Shown here in pieces: positions 14,786 through 29,238 of a stretch of DNA of 64,000 bases (position 1 is the stretch's first letter; the number at the start of each line of letters is the position of its first letter). The position numbers and the translations under genes are program-made. Under the pieces are notes generated by a model, which saw nothing but the letters and a program-made list of their open reading frames with translations, ran no database searches and had not been told where the DNA came from. The DNA is from the human T2T-CHM13v2.0 reference genome, Homo sapiens. The stretch is from NCBI RefSeq assembly GCF_009914755.1, contig NC_060926.1; one strand, given 5' to 3'.

Positions 14786-15318
14786 ACAAGCGACTCTGAT
14801 ACAACCAGCCCCACCGGACAGCAGCCGAGCGATGCGTTTCCGGAGGACAGCAGCAAAGTACCCAGGGAAAAGCCAGGAGACTGGAAAATGCAATCTCGTA
14901 AAAGGACTCAAACACTCCCTAACCGGAAATGTTTCTTGACATCAGCTTTTCAGGGTGCCAACAGCAGCAAAATGGAGATCTTTAAAAATGAATTCTGGTC
15001 GCCTTCCTCAGAGGCTAAGGCAGGGGAAGGGCACAGGAGAACGATGTCTCAAGACTTGCGCCAACTTTCTGACTCCCAACGGACTTCCACCTACGATAAC
15101 GTCCCTTCCCTGCCAGGGTCCCCTGGGGAGGAAGCCAGTGCACTCTCTTCCCAAGCCTGTGACTCCAAGGGAGATACTCTTGCCAGTCCAAACTCTGAAA
15201 CTGGGCCTGGAAAAAAGAACTCTGGAGAAGAGGAAATTGATTCTTTGCAGAGGATGGTCCAAGAGCTACGAAAGGAAATAGAAACACAGAAGCAAATGTA
15301 TGAGGAACAGATTAAAAA
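14786..15318 (+). CDS. ARHGAP25: ARHGAP25 large coding exon (Ser-rich linker, STYDNV motif, start of coiled-coil)
   Basis: ttcttttctag|ACA ... ATTAAAAA|gtaagt; 533 nt open frame TSDSDTTSPT...RTSTYDNV...EEQIK; includes ORF 14888..15322. Confidence 0.96.
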
Positions 15319-15631
15319 GTAAGTCAGACAGAGGGGCACTGAGAGGCACTTGGCTTCCATCTTTAGAGACAAGAGGGATTGTTCCCATCCGCCAGAGAAG
15401 TCACATCATAAAGCTTCAATTTGGGGAAGACAGTAATCTATAGCAGGCCTAGAAAGAAAAGAGTAAAGGGAACAATGAGATAGCTAAATTGGTGAACACT
15501 CTAAACTTTAAACTAGATTTAGGAAATGTAAATATCTAGCTTAAGTAGTTTAATCAATAATTTCCAAACAGTGGTTCAAGAATCAACATGCTTTAATTAA
15601 TTTAAAGGAAATTAATTTTTTTTATGTTAAG

Positions 15632-16250
15632 GTCATTCATTGATTCTGCAAATATTCCTCGAGCCCCTCCTCTGTGCCAGGCACATTCCAGTTGTTAGGG
15701 TATAGCACTGAACAAAAGAGACAAAAGTCCCTGCACTTACAGAACTTCTAGTGGGGACAGATGGACAATACAAATATATAATAAAATATATGTTATGTCA
15801 GCTGATGGCAAGTGCTGTGGAGAAAAATAAAGTGGGTCAGGAGGTTGGAAAGTTCAAGGAATGGGTTCCAATGTAAAATAGGGGGGTCAGGGAAGGCCTC
15901 CGTGAGAAGGCAGCAGGTAAGTAAAGGCCTGAAGGAGATGAGGAGCAAGTCAGGTGTGTAGATGGGAGATGACTATGGCCAGTGCCGAGCCATGAGAAAA
16001 GAGCAGTCCCCCATGGTCCCACCCAGGAAGAGTGGAAGCTGCCTGGGGCCAGGGAGAGTGATTAGAGGAGATGAGGGTGGAGAAGTACAGGAGGCCAGGA
16101 CGCAGTAGGGTTTTGTCAGCCACTGCAAAGCCTGAGTAAGAAGCTTCGGGGTGGTTTCAACCTGGTTTATGCTTCATTGGCTCACTGGCTTCCCATTGAG
16201 CACCGGCTGCAGGGGGCAAACAGAAGCGGGAGGCCAGTTAGGCAGCTATT
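15632..16250 (-). mobile_element. L2 fragment
   Basis: 'tcattcattgattctgcaaatattcctcgagcccctcctctgtgccaggcac...gaacaaaagagacaaaagtccctgc' resembles the antisense L2a 3' end. Confidence 0.65.
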
Positions 16251-16906
16251 GCCTCTGTCACATGCAAATTCCCAAGATCTGTGCACACAATTTGTTCTCT
16301 TGGGTAGATAGAGTATTTTCTTGAAATATTTTTCACACTACTGATTGGCTGGCAAATTTGTTTTCAGGAGAGAAAGCCTTGATCCAGCTGTTCCCATATC
16401 AGCACTAGTCATGAGGCAGTGAAATGTGAATTCGTGGGCTCTTAGATTTATGGCTACGTCTTAGTCCATGCAGACTCAGGTATCTGAAGGGAAGACTACT
16501 TTGAACCCTCATTCATTGTTCCACACAGAGAGCTGCCATCCAGAAGCAAAATGTAGCTTGTTTGTCTAAGAACCTGAAACCAATCATTTGTAGAATTAAA
16601 GACTTCTGTGACATCTTGGCAGTGATCAAAGCAGTCCCATAGAAGGCACACACTGCCCTCACATATGAGTATCTTCAACAGGGTAGAAAAAGAACTGGCT
16701 GCCACAGATGTGTCAGAGTCCTCTGAATCCATCAGTTGGGGAAGCCTCCCATCCCAGGCTCCTGAGCCCACACAGATTCTACCTTCCACTGGAACCCATG
16801 GTCAGGATCTAGCACAGTGCCTCACTTGGAATTTCTTCCAGAACCAGAGGGGTACAGAGAACTTGGAGAAGAAAAGTAGATTTGTAATGAGAGGGTCAGA
16901 AGGAAT

Positions 16907-17212
16907 GGCCGGGCGCGGTGGCTCACGCTTGTAATCCCAGCACTTTGGGAGGCCAAGGTGGGTGAATCACGAGGTCAGGAGATCGAGACCATCCTGGCTA
17001 ACACGGTGAAACCATGTCTCTCCTAAAAATATAAAACATTAGCCAGGCATGATGGTGGGTGCCTGTAGTCCCAGCTACTCAGGAGGCTGAGGCAGGAGAA
17101 TGGTGTGAACCTGGGAGGCGGAGCTTGCAGTGAGCCGAGATCATGCCACTGCACTCCAGCCTGGGCAACAGAGCGAGACTCCGTCTCAAAAAAAACAAAA
17201 GGAAAAAAAAAA
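16907..17212 (+). mobile_element. AluY-like
   Basis: GGCCGGGCGCGGTGGCTCAC start; 'gatcgagaccatcctggctaacacggtgaaacc' and 'gcggagcttgcagtgagcc'; A-tail. Confidence 0.96.
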
Positions 17213-17929
17213 GATGGAATGAGATCAATTTAGCTTTAAGAAGAGATAGGTGGGGGTAAGCAAAGTTCTGAAGATGGATTGTTACCCACAGAATAGGCCA
17301 AGGCCCTTGAAGATAGAACCCAAGTTTTGGGCTCACATGGGAGCTCAAGTCTCCCTTGTGCAAATGGGCAGGCCATTTGGGGAGAAGGGAGGCACACTCT
17401 ACAGAATGAAATTCTGAAACAAATTTCCAGTCACACAATCGGCATGTGTACACTCATTCCTAAGGGTTAATTCAGCACAGCCTGGCAGGGGGCCACCTGG
17501 CACTACATTAGGATTTGGGCCAGTAACGATTAAAATCCTAGCAATTCAGGAATCCCACAGATTTTTCACCTGGCATGGGATTCAGAAGTGAGGGTGAGAC
17601 TGCCAGGACCACAGCTCCCCAAAGGGCAGTTCCCTCTGTTTCTCCAAATCTTGGTCCCCAGGAGATCCTTAATAAGAAAGGGTGCTGATCTATGCTCTCC
17701 ATTGACACAGGATGAGGAGGCACTCATGAGCACAGAGGTGTGAGAAATTTGAAATATGGATGGGGCTTCCAGGACTGATACAAGGTGCTGTGGGAGTGAA
17801 TATATAGATCTGTTAGAACTGGTCCCTCCTTTCAAAGACTTTGTTATCCGGTTGAAGATACAAAACATTAAACGACATGAGAAAAAACACAATAGATGTC
17901 ACAAGATGGTGTTAAATGACAAATGAGGG

Positions 17930-18384
<455 letters not shown>

Positions 18385-18432
18385 CTAGAATGAATGCCAC
18401 ATTCTTTCATTCTTTTCTTTCCTTCCTTGTAG

Positions 18433-18640
18433 CCTTGAGAAGGAAAATTATGACGTTTGGGCTAAAGTGGTGAGGCTCAATGAAGAACTGGAGAAGGAAA
18501 AGAAGAAGTCTGCAGCCCTAGAGATCAGCCTCCGCAACATGGAGCGCTCCCGGGAGGATGTTGAGAAGAGGAACAAGGCCTTGGAAGAAGAAGTCAAGGA
18601 ATTTGTCAAATCCATGAAGGAACCCAAGACCGAGGCTTAA
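18433..18640 (+). CDS. ARHGAP25: ARHGAP25 terminal coding exon (coiled-coil, stop TAA)
   Basis: Long polypyrimidine tract then tgtag|C; LEKENYDVWAKVVRLNEELEKEKKKSAALEISLRNMERSREDVEKRNKALEEEVKEFVKSMKEPKTEA*, TAA at 18638-18640; heptad-like E/K-rich sequence typical of the ARHGAP22/24/25 C-terminus. Confidence 0.96.
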
Positions 18641-19280
18641 GGGTCCCAGGAGTACTGCAGGGACAGCCCCAGAGAGGCCCAACTCTGGCCCCTTTCTCAG
18701 TGCTATCTGATGACGGGGAAACAAAATTATTCTCTGAGAGGGAAAGGACATTTGAGGGAAACATCAAATTTCCCCATAAATAAATGAATGGAGTTTGCAG
18801 GAAGGTGAGGGTGAGCAGAGATGTGTGTGGACATCTCTGACCATCCATCGCTGTATTCAAATGGATTGTTTTATTCCATTCTGGTCTCAGGCATGACCAC
18901 GTCCAGTGAAGACATTTGAGGCAGCACATCTCAGGACCCAGGCAATAGACTGGCCCCAACTCAGGCTGGACTAAGGTGTGATTAATTCTTTGTTTTTTGT
19001 GTGGAACAGCTCACCTTGTCAGACAGCCTCAGGGCATCTCTGAGACACAGGGGCAGAAAATGACATTCATCTTTTGAGTCCTCATCCATGGAGTGCTGTG
19101 TTTGGGGGGCTGCATCTGCTGAAGCGAGAACCCCATTCTGCCACCCCACCAGGATGCCCATTCTCCAGGACTTCTCCAACTTACTATTAGACTAAACCAG
19201 AACAAGCAACAAACTGTATTTATGCAAGCAAAATTGATGAGAAAATTATATTCAAATAAAGCAAAAATTAAAAAAAAAAG
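18641..19280 (+). other. ARHGAP25: ARHGAP25 3'UTR
   Basis: Follows the stop codon; AATAAA at 18779-18784 and 19255-19260; exact cleavage site is inferred. Confidence 0.75.
19255..19260 (+). terminator. ARHGAP25: Polyadenylation signal AATAAA (ARHGAP25, distal)
   Basis: Canonical hexamer ~615 nt after the stop, in an A/U-rich context with an upstream TGTA. Confidence 0.7.
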
Positions 19281-22200
19281 GCTATTGCTAATCCATACGG
19301 CACCTTTGTGAGAATTAGCAAAAGACACTCCTTCCTTGGGGCAGGTGGCTTGCTGAGCAGGGCATGGGCTGAATTTCAGTCCTGACTTGCCTTTCAGGGA
19401 CAGGTGTTTCTATACTTGCGGAGCCCCCATTTCTTCTGTATTTCACACAATTGCTGTGGGAATTACATGAGAAGAGGTAATCTAGTCCCTACTTGCTTTT
19501 TAATTGTGTATGGAGGGCCTGGGAACAAACGCTTCCTACTATGATAGGATTTGTTGTGGTTTTAGACAGTAATTTTCATGATAATAGTTTCTTTTTTCCT
19601 GTTTCACCAAAATGCAAGTGATTTTACCCTTAAAGGGACAACAGGCACTAGATGATAGGTGGGAGAGGGGCTTTCCCAGTGGACAGCTGATTCTTCCCCT
19701 TCTATGTCAAGCCAGCTTGGCAGAGGCCCTGGTCAGGCCCCGGACCTCTAGGTAGGTTGGTTGAGTCTTTTTTTGTTGTTATCATTCTAATTGGATGGTC
19801 TCCAAGCTCTTTTGACTGGGTAACTCATCAACAGAAAATGTTTGAGCATACACCCCCCAATATATTTATTTATTTATAAATTATATATATGTACTACTAT
19901 AGTACTCCATAATGTATATTATAAAATTCACAGAACAGTAACTGAATAATGATGAGATAAAAACAAAGATCAATAGATGTTCCCAAGTGTGCTTTCAGCT
20001 CCGGAGACCCCTGACCCAGTTGCCCAGGAGGTATTACCTGTACCAAATTTATATCTTTCATCCCACTGCTCCCATAAATGTGCTTGAACTCTTGAAGCCC
20101 CGTGGCTTAATCAGTGGTTTGGAATCTATGGTTGCTGCAGTGAGAGTTTAGCCTTCCCAGCACATGGGCCTCCTCTGTCATTCCTTTTTCTCTCTGTCTT
20201 CTTCACTCTGGTTAGTCCTCCCTTCCTATGGCCAGGACTTATTACCCACAGAGTGAAAGTACAGACAGTAGCATCAGCATTTCTTGGTCCTGCTACTCAG
20301 GCCCTGCTCTACCAACGCCAGCCCCTTTGAGGACCAGATTGATGGAGAAGGAGGGCGACTCCTACGGCATTCCTATCTAGGCCTGCTTGCAGAAGATTGA
20401 GGGGAAACTCATCTGGAACATTCGTAAGAAAAGCAATAAAATATTGGGATTCCTGAGTTTTAGGTGTTTTTAAATAACAGGATAGCAAACATGGAAACAC
20501 TTATTGACCACCTGACTTACGTTGGCGAGTGCCTGCATTTCTGCCAGGCACATATCCTTGTGTTCTCCCACGGATTCCTCACACTGACTCTTTGGGGGCT
20601 AAAACAGAGTTGAATATGGAAGTGGCTGCTGTCACAATTTCCAAAGAAAACATTTGTCTGAAGATGCAAAGAGGAGGCTCTCAAGTCTGTTTTGAGGCCC
20701 GTGTCATTGGCCCTTACTGGGTCCGGGAGCCAGAGCTCGTGCTGAGTGGAAGTGCCACGTTTGAATCCCAACTACCTCCTGGTCTGGCAGTGTCTCTCAT
20801 TCTACTTTTTTCCACCAGTATTATGAGACAACAGAGCAGCTGTTGGCCTCAGAAGCACTAGACAGCCTAGCCTGCAAGTGTCAATCCCTCTTCACAATCA
20901 AGAGAAGAGTTTGGCTCGCTTAAGTTGCTACTATTTGCTCCTGTGCCACCTTGCATACAAGGAGAAGACAAGAAACAGGGTTTTTTTTTAGGACCCTGGG
21001 ACCTTATGAGTGCAAGGGTCACACAAACCCCTTCATCCTGCTGAAAAAGGCTGGGAGGAGGGAGCCCCTGAGGGCCAGAAAAGAAGATCTGGAGTCTGAT
21101 GGCACTGTTTTAATGCCCTCAAAAGGCATGCATGTGATTGCATGACAGGGTAGCTCCAGGTCTCACCTGGACCAAAGGACCAGGTTCTAGAAGGCAATAT
21201 CTGGAGACTGACCTGTGTCAAGGGGTGCTGTTGGACTCTGCAGCTCCTACCTGTACTTTCAGAGCCCTTCCATGGAAAGGACTCCATCAACTTTGCCTTT
21301 TTCCCAGCCACACCCTCACCTTTATGTTAGCCGCTCTCCTCTTTGCTCATGAGCTGAGAACCCAGAAAGGTCATCAATGTGCATTTGAAAACCCCTTGCC
21401 CTCTTCCCTCCCAAACTCCTTTTCTGTCACAGCCTCAAGCATGTCCCTTATCAGGGTACTCTTATCTTAAGTTTGGGGCAGATATGATGCTTTTCCAGTA
21501 AGTCTGTACACTGGATAGGACAATTTGTACTAGGGTATTGGCTGGGATGATCCCCTTCCAGTGGATTCTGTTCAGAGCCTGCAGTCTGGAGAGACCATGT
21601 GTGGCATTCCTAGTGCATAGACAGCTGCAAAGGATGTAAACTATAAACATTTTGTTGTTGTTGTTGTTTTGACCAACTTCCTAAAACTCTGCTCAAAGGC
21701 CTGTCCCCTCAGAAAAGCACGAAGCCGGAGATTCCCAGGCTGCCCAAGGCCGCTGAGAGGGGGAGGCCAGAGAACACAGTGGCACAGCAACTGCTGGCTG
21801 GATTCCACGGGCTCTGGGCCAGAAGATGCGTGTACACGAACGCCCTGTAAACTTCCACATTCCACCACTTCCTTTCCAGATAGCAGCAGTGGTCAGGTCA
21901 CGTGCTTGCCGGAGAGCAGAGAAAACACTTGGAGGCTGCTTCTGCAATTAAAATGGGCTGCATTTACAAGAATTACACAAAACCTTTCATCCTGCCAGAG
22001 AATGATGGGAGGGAGGCCCTGAGGGTGGAGCTCCAGCTGCCACTCAGAAGCTCAGGGTGGCATCTGGCCAGCAGCAGCAGAGAGGCTGGAGCCAGGGGGC
22101 TTGTGGCTCAGATGATGTCCCAGGAGAGAATATCGACACAGCTGTGTAACTGTAGCTTCTATTTCTTCTGATGCTGGAAACTCTCTTAGAATCATAGGAT

Positions 22201-22557
22201 AAAAACTGGAAAACACTCTGATTGTATTTAATTCAACCTGTTTATTTAACGGACAGGGGAACTGAGGCCCAGAAACATAAATTAAATGGCCAGTGCTCAC
22301 ACAGAAATTAGGAAGAGGATTGAAGGAGGTGATTTTGGAGGGCTCCTCTAACCCATGATTCAGTGATTCTTGTGGTTCTTGCTTTCTCTCCAAGGGTTCT
22401 TTCCCCCAAACTGCAACCATGGTGTGAACCCCATTGAACATCCGTTGCTGAGTGCTTCCAGAATATAGAGCTCTCCTCAGCTCATGATCACAACCAAGAC
22501 CCACCTAATATGATGCCAGTTTTTCACCTACTGTGTATTCCCAATACTATTTTAAAA

Positions 22558-22740
22558 CACTGGTTCTCAGTCTTGGTGGCACAAGAGAATTACCTTAGGA
22601 ACTGTAAACAAAAATTCTGATGCTCAGATCTTACTTCATATCAATTGAATCAGAATCTTTCGGGATGGGGCCTAAGAATTGGTAGTTAAAAGAAAAATTC
22701 CCAGTTGATTCCAATATACAATCAGGATGGTTAAATAGTT
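22558..22740. mobile_element. MER5-like hAT-Charlie element
   Basis: cactggttctcag...gaatcagaatct...gggatggggcctaagaatt...cccagttgattccaat. Confidence 0.65.
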
Positions 22741-23361
22741 TTAAAACTGCTAAGTTTGGCTTTAGTCATGACTAATGGTAATATTAATTCTACCTGCTCC
22801 CCTTTCCCATCTCCAGTTAACACAGCTACATTCTCTGATTTACAGGCTGATTTTTCATGTGTTTATTCATCTAGGATAAGACATGATTAAGTGATACAGA
22901 ATGGATTTATGTTATATGCCCATTATGCAGATGGTGAAAAGTGAGCCCAAAATTTTTTTAAAAAATGAGTATAACAGTAGCTTAGTATGAACAAATCCAA
23001 GGATTTTGAGAATTCCTAAATATATGGGGACACTGTTTACTTGCTTTAAGGATTGACTCTAAACATAGGCAAAGAAGATAAGCACTTGAGGGCCTGATTT
23101 AAAGAGTCCCGAGAATAGCTCTGATGAAAATCATCTCTTTTTCAGACTCATGTTAGATTGAGAAATCCCTACCAGTAGCCTTTGGAATATTAACCACAAA
23201 CGTGATATTTCTGGGAGACTCCATGAAGCCTCCATTAATCGTTAGTATCATCTTTATATTAGTTATCTGCTTCCCAGCAGAAAGCTGTGTAATGAAGGAA
23301 CGAGAGCCTGGCCAGATAAGCAGTGCTGTGGGTGGAGGAACAGATCAAGAGTATGGATGTT

Positions 23362-23657
<296 letters not shown>

Positions 23658-25779
23658 GTATGGATGTTACCTAGGAGTATTGCAGTGTGGGCCCCTGGCT
23701 GCCTTAGGTGGGGTGAGGGTGCAAAAATCAGGCCTTAAAAAGGGAAACGGGGACTCATCATCAGGGTGGACGGAGAAATGGTTTGCCCCCACATACACCT
23801 GATACCTGCTCAAAGTTGGCACTTGTCCTCCTTCCTTCTCTCTGTTCTCCCTTATTGATGTCCTTTCAGTCCTGCTGAGGCCAGCCCATGCTAAACATCA
23901 CCCTGGTTCTTGGGTCTTTGTTCAGCATCAGTAGCAATATCATGACAATAACTACCAATAATAAGCAACAAATACCATTTTAATACTTTCTGGTGAGCAC
24001 TGTATCCATGTCATTTCCTTTAAATCTCAAATCAACTCTTTTCTGATTGCAATCAAACCTGTTTTACTGAGGTCTCAATGTGGCTTAGCTAGGAACTGAA
24101 GCGTATATACAGTCTACACAAGGCTACATTATCCTTGCCCTCACATAGGGAGGAAGTACAACATAGAAAATGACCCCTTGGCAGAGATGGACTAAAGCAA
24201 AATCTGCAAAGACTTTTTCTTTAAAAGGCTGGCAGGGATTCTGGAAAGAACCACTAACTGCCTTGTCTGACTCAGCATCAAGATGGAAAAATATACAGAG
24301 GCTGTTGCCTTCCCCACAGCCTAAGTCAAATCCACCTGCTTGCTCTGAGGCTGTCTGGGAGGCCACACATCACCATGCCCTTTCCTGGAGTCAATTCTTG
24401 GTCCCATGTCATTAGCCCCACCCTCGAAAGAACTCTGGGAATGGGGTTGCCTTGGAGTCCCCGGTTCCGTGTGGCTAAAGAGTGAGCCTCTCATATCTCC
24501 ATGCTGAATTTCCTCACTCATTCACAACCCTCCTTTCCATTTCAAGAAATCTTTCTGTTCCCACAAGCCTGGGAGGGCCTTTGAGTGGGGCATATTGGGT
24601 AAGTTTGAAGGAGTACTGCCAGTGAGACCTTCAAAAGACTCTGTGTGAATGGGCTGGTGTTGGTGGGAGGAAACAGGGTCACAGATTCCCCTTCCCTTCC
24701 CCCTTGTAAGATGTGTCATCAGTTAAATATAGGCTCTGGCCCTGTGGACGTTTACAGGCTAAGACAGCCCGCCCTGACTGGGGCTCACAGCTTCTGAGAG
24801 GAGGACACTGGGATGTCTTCAGCCCATTTCACGTGGGCTGACTGTTTCCAAAACACTCCTGGTGGGTCAGCGAGCAGAGGAAGTGTTACCATGTGATCAC
24901 TTTAGAAACACCCACCTAATGACGCACTAACACGGATTTGCCCTCTGTTTTTCACATTTGATCATTCCTGACACTTTGGCGAGGAAACAAAACCCTATTT
25001 CTCTTAGAAGTCACTCCTTCCCTGGATGTGAAAGAGGGCAGTGGTTTCCCTGTCAGTCCTCTTTTAGGGAAAGATCTGGGTGAGCACATGACCCAGCTCA
25101 GCTGGTCTGGGGCTGGACACAGACACAATTGTGAGAACTTGAACTGACTCACCAGGAAGCAGGTGGTTGGGACTAGGTACTGTTGTCTATTTCAGTGCTA
25201 GATATTGCCTTTAATGAAAAACTAGCCCCAATCAGAAAAAAGCCAACACCACGCTCTGCAATACTAAGTTGACTCACCTGTTGAAATGCTGTTTATTAAG
25301 CAAAACCAGTATCCTCAGAATTCCAGCTTTCACTTTCAAGTTTCTTATGTGGGATTTCATAGTATTGGGCCCAGTGATGTGTACATCAATGGTTTGGCTT
25401 GCTGTTTATGCTACTTATTTACTCGAGCAGTCACTCTGGTGTGTTCCCATGGCTTTTCTGAAAGTATTAGAATACAGCTCCCAAAGAATGTGAGTGCTAT
25501 TGGAGAAATAAAATACATGGAAATCATATGGCATCCAGCAATTGCTATGCCTATCTTGAGATAGCTGATCCCTAGATAAGCTTGGTAGTTGTGTTACCAA
25601 TGATGTCTTTTCTTAGTACACATAGATTGTACTCAAGGAATAGCAAAATGTTACAACACTGATTCTTCCTCCTATAGTTAATGGCATTTTAAAAGAGTTA
25701 TGCTTGACTAAAGACATAGTTTTTAAAAATGCAAATATTGAGTGCTTTCAATTCCCTAAGCATGGTGTTTTCTGCTTTA

Positions 25780-25900
25780 CCTGCAATGTATTAATTAATT
25801 TTCACAGAAAACTATGAGGCAGCGGCTACTATCATCCCCATTTTACAGATGAGAAAACCGAGACTTAGAAAGGTTAAGTAATCTGCTCAGGCTCACAGTT
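25780..25900. mobile_element. MIR fragment
   Basis: MIR core 'atccccattttacagatgagaaaaccgagacttagaaaggttaagtaatctgctcagg'. Confidence 0.75.
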
Positions 25901-26174
25901 CATATCCCATTTCTAAGAGACATTTTTTTTTCATTCTAATACTTTTGAAATTCAGTATGTATTTTATAGTTGATTGGTGCATTTAAAATGGAACATCTTA
26001 CAAATTGATGGCTACTTAGAACTGAGAAAATATAACTGACAGAAGCAAGCATCAAAACCACGTCTACCTGATTCTAGTATTGGATCATCCAACCACAGTG
26101 GCTTGAGTGTCAAAGGAAACAACCTGTGTCTAAGTAATGACCATAAAAGTAATAACTAGTCCACATTCACATTG

Positions 26175-26455
26175 AAGATAATGGTTCATATTCTTCCTAT
26201 TTGATACTATTTACTCTATTAGAAAAATTGTCTGGTTTGGTCCGTTCAATTAGATTTATCTATTTATTTTTTGTAGAGTATCATCAGTTAAACCTCCTAA
26301 CCTCTGGGCCACCCCACCCAGTATAAGCCATAAGATATGGCTCATATTCTTCCTACCTATTTGATACTATTTATTCTATTAGAACAATTGACTGGTTTGG
26401 TTGGTTCAATTAGATTGATGTATTTATTCTTTGTAGAGTATCATCAGTTAAACCT
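26175..26455. repeat. ~120-bp near-tandem duplication
   Basis: Copies at 26175-26295 and 26332-26455 align end to end with scattered mismatches. Confidence 0.9.
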
Positions 26456-27880
26456 TTTTTGCTGAGAAAGCTTCAGGCTTTTCATTTCTATAATGAGAGT
26501 TGTTTTCAAAACACATTTAAATAGTCAAGAGCCCAGGCATGGGTATGGTCACAAGCAGGAGGGTCTGAAGCTCCCTGAAGTTTGAGTTCACAGCGCCATG
26601 GCTCCTGCCGTCCTTCCAAGGAGAGAGCAGTCACGTCAGTTGCCTTTGGTTCTTGTCTGACTGAGGAGAGATGCTCTATACGTGGTTTTGGTAATGACAG
26701 CATGTCTCTAACTCGAGATTAAGTTTCTGTCCTCTGAAGATCTCAATGTAATTCATTACAGAAGTGCTTCCCAAAGCTTCTCCTTGGAAGGCTTTTCTTT
26801 ACACGATATACTCTTTGAACAATGGATGCTATGCTTAAATAAGTTTATAACACCCTCTTCCCCCTCAAAGATTCAGAAGTCAGGGCAACCACATCATATT
26901 GGGAGTCTAATTTGTAAGTCGATAAGATAAAAATCCCTTTGGTCAAAATTATCCTTGAAAATCACCAGAAATTGTATATAAGGTCCCCCAATTTATAGCT
27001 TTATGTGTACACCCTGGTCACTAAGGTGTGAGTGTAGTTATAAATTACTGTTAATGATGAGACTAAGAATACGGACCACTAGGATTGCTATTTTCTTTCC
27101 CTGGCATCCTCATTTAAATTGTTATTTTTATTTTTCATCTAGTGTATAGTTTGATTCATAGAATTTAAATGCATATATTAAATTAAAAGTAGTAATTATT
27201 ATAGTACTAATAATAGTAATAATCATTGACATTTATTGGGGGCTAGCTATTGCCTGCCAGACTGCTCTAAGTGCTTTATTTGCATGAACTGAGTTAATCT
27301 GAACAGAAACTTCAGGGCTGGACACTATATTCCCTTTTTACAACAAAGTCACTTGCTTCTGCTTTTACTCGTGCCTTTGGCGACACAATGACTCTGCAAA
27401 TTGTCCTGTGCCCAGAGGAAACATTTTTCTGAAAACTTCTGCGCTGGGGCAGATTTAGGGCAAAGTTAACACTTCAAAAATATCTCCAGTAATTGAGTAA
27501 ATTGCTCATCTGTCAAATTGGCTCTTTGGCAAATTACTCTGCTTGCACATATTAATAGCCAAGCTTAGCCAACTTGAAATATGGAGATTTACTGGAAATC
27601 ACAGTGAAGTGAAGAGAGAGGCAAGAGCAGAATTGAAATTCCCACCTGGCAGCAAAAGAGAGTTATGCAGAGCCTATCAGGTAAGGCAGAAGCACTTCCT
27701 GGACCGCTCAACTGAAGGGCACAGCCAGCAGTGAGGTGGGGTGGCCCAGAGGTTAGAAACCCCACAGAGAGAATCAGAGGGAAGCTGGAGGCAGAGGGAG
27801 TGCGCCATTCGGAATTCCAGGGGTTGAGGACCTCTAGGTCCCAGGTACAGTTGTAAGGCTGGGGGCAAAAAGTTGCTCCT

Positions 27881-28182
27881 GCCAGGCACTGTGGCTCACG
27901 CTTGTAATCCCAGCACTTCGGGAGGCCAAGGCAGGCAGATCACTTGAGGGAGTTTGAGACCAGCCTGGTCAACGTGGTGAAACCCTGTCTCTACTAAAAA
28001 TACAAAAATTAGCTAGGCGTGGTGGCACATGTCTGTAATCCCAACTACTCAGGAGGCTGAGGCAGGAGAATCACTTGAACCTGAGAGGAGAAGGTTGCAG
28101 TGAGCCAATATTGTGCCACTGGATAATCTTGGCTGTGGGGTCAGAGTGAGACTCTGTCAAAAAAAAAAAAAAAAAAAAAAAA
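27881..28182 (+). mobile_element. AluS
   Basis: Dimer with a long A-tail; small internal deletion and a diverged 3' part. Confidence 0.93.
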
Positions 28183-29238
28183 AGAAGAAGCAAAGCAGCT
28201 CCAGGCCAGCTTTCTTCCCTGCCAAGGCACAGTCAGCTTCCTAAACCTGCAAGGCTGCATCAGTCTAGAGTAGGCACTATTTTCAGCTCGCATCAAGGAG
28301 CCATAGAGGCAGCTGAATGATTCTCCAACAGATGGTCTCAGTAGAGTAGAAATGACAGTGTAGCACATTGACAATGAGGAAGTTAAGGTGTGCCACAGTT
28401 GTTAATGGAACCTAAGTAAAAACTCAGAGACAGAGGAGTTTAAGGGAGTCTTAGCTCCCCAGAGATTTCTAAGAAGCCCACCTAAAAAAATCTCTTGATT
28501 AGTAAATGAAACTATTATTATTGTTATTATTACTAATGGTAGATGAGAAGATATTTTTGTAGATAATGAAGTCAATATCAGAAAGATTTAGTAGTGGACA
28601 GATTCAGTAGGCTGCAAAATTATAAGGTCAGACTTCCAATTCTAAAATGACTTCCTTAGCCTAGTCCAGGTGGAGGGTGGTGCTGGTTAAGTTTAAACAC
28701 AGTATTACCTTGTGAGAAGTGTTCCAAGTTTTTAATTGTCTACTTCCAGGTGTACTACACATCTAATAGAACTACCACACTCCTCTCTGCCTTATAAACC
28801 TTTGCCTACCAACAATACAAGCTCAGATTCCTTCCCTGAGTGTAGTGGGTACTTACAGAATGGTCGGTCCAGGTTCCTTTAGTAGAACCTGCTACCACGT
28901 GCATATCTACATACACCCTTTGTCCTTGTGTTACTGTGGAAGCTGCTTTGTCAACTCAGTCTGTTCCTCAGCCACAGATTTGTTTTCTTTCCTTGGGACC
29001 CCAGGACAAATGCCATGATGATACTGTTGCAGGAGCCAGCAGTCAGCTGCTTAAGGTTGTCTCTTCTGTCCACATCTTTGTGCCATTCTTTGGCTAGCAA
29101 TGTAGGTGCCAGTCAGGGTCATCCTATGAAATATCACATTCCTTGCCTGTAAACTGTGGTAGTGGGGAGGCCTGGCCTACTCACTGCACAAGACCGTCTT
29201 TAGGACAAAATAGGCTACTATGGATGAAAGGGCCACAT

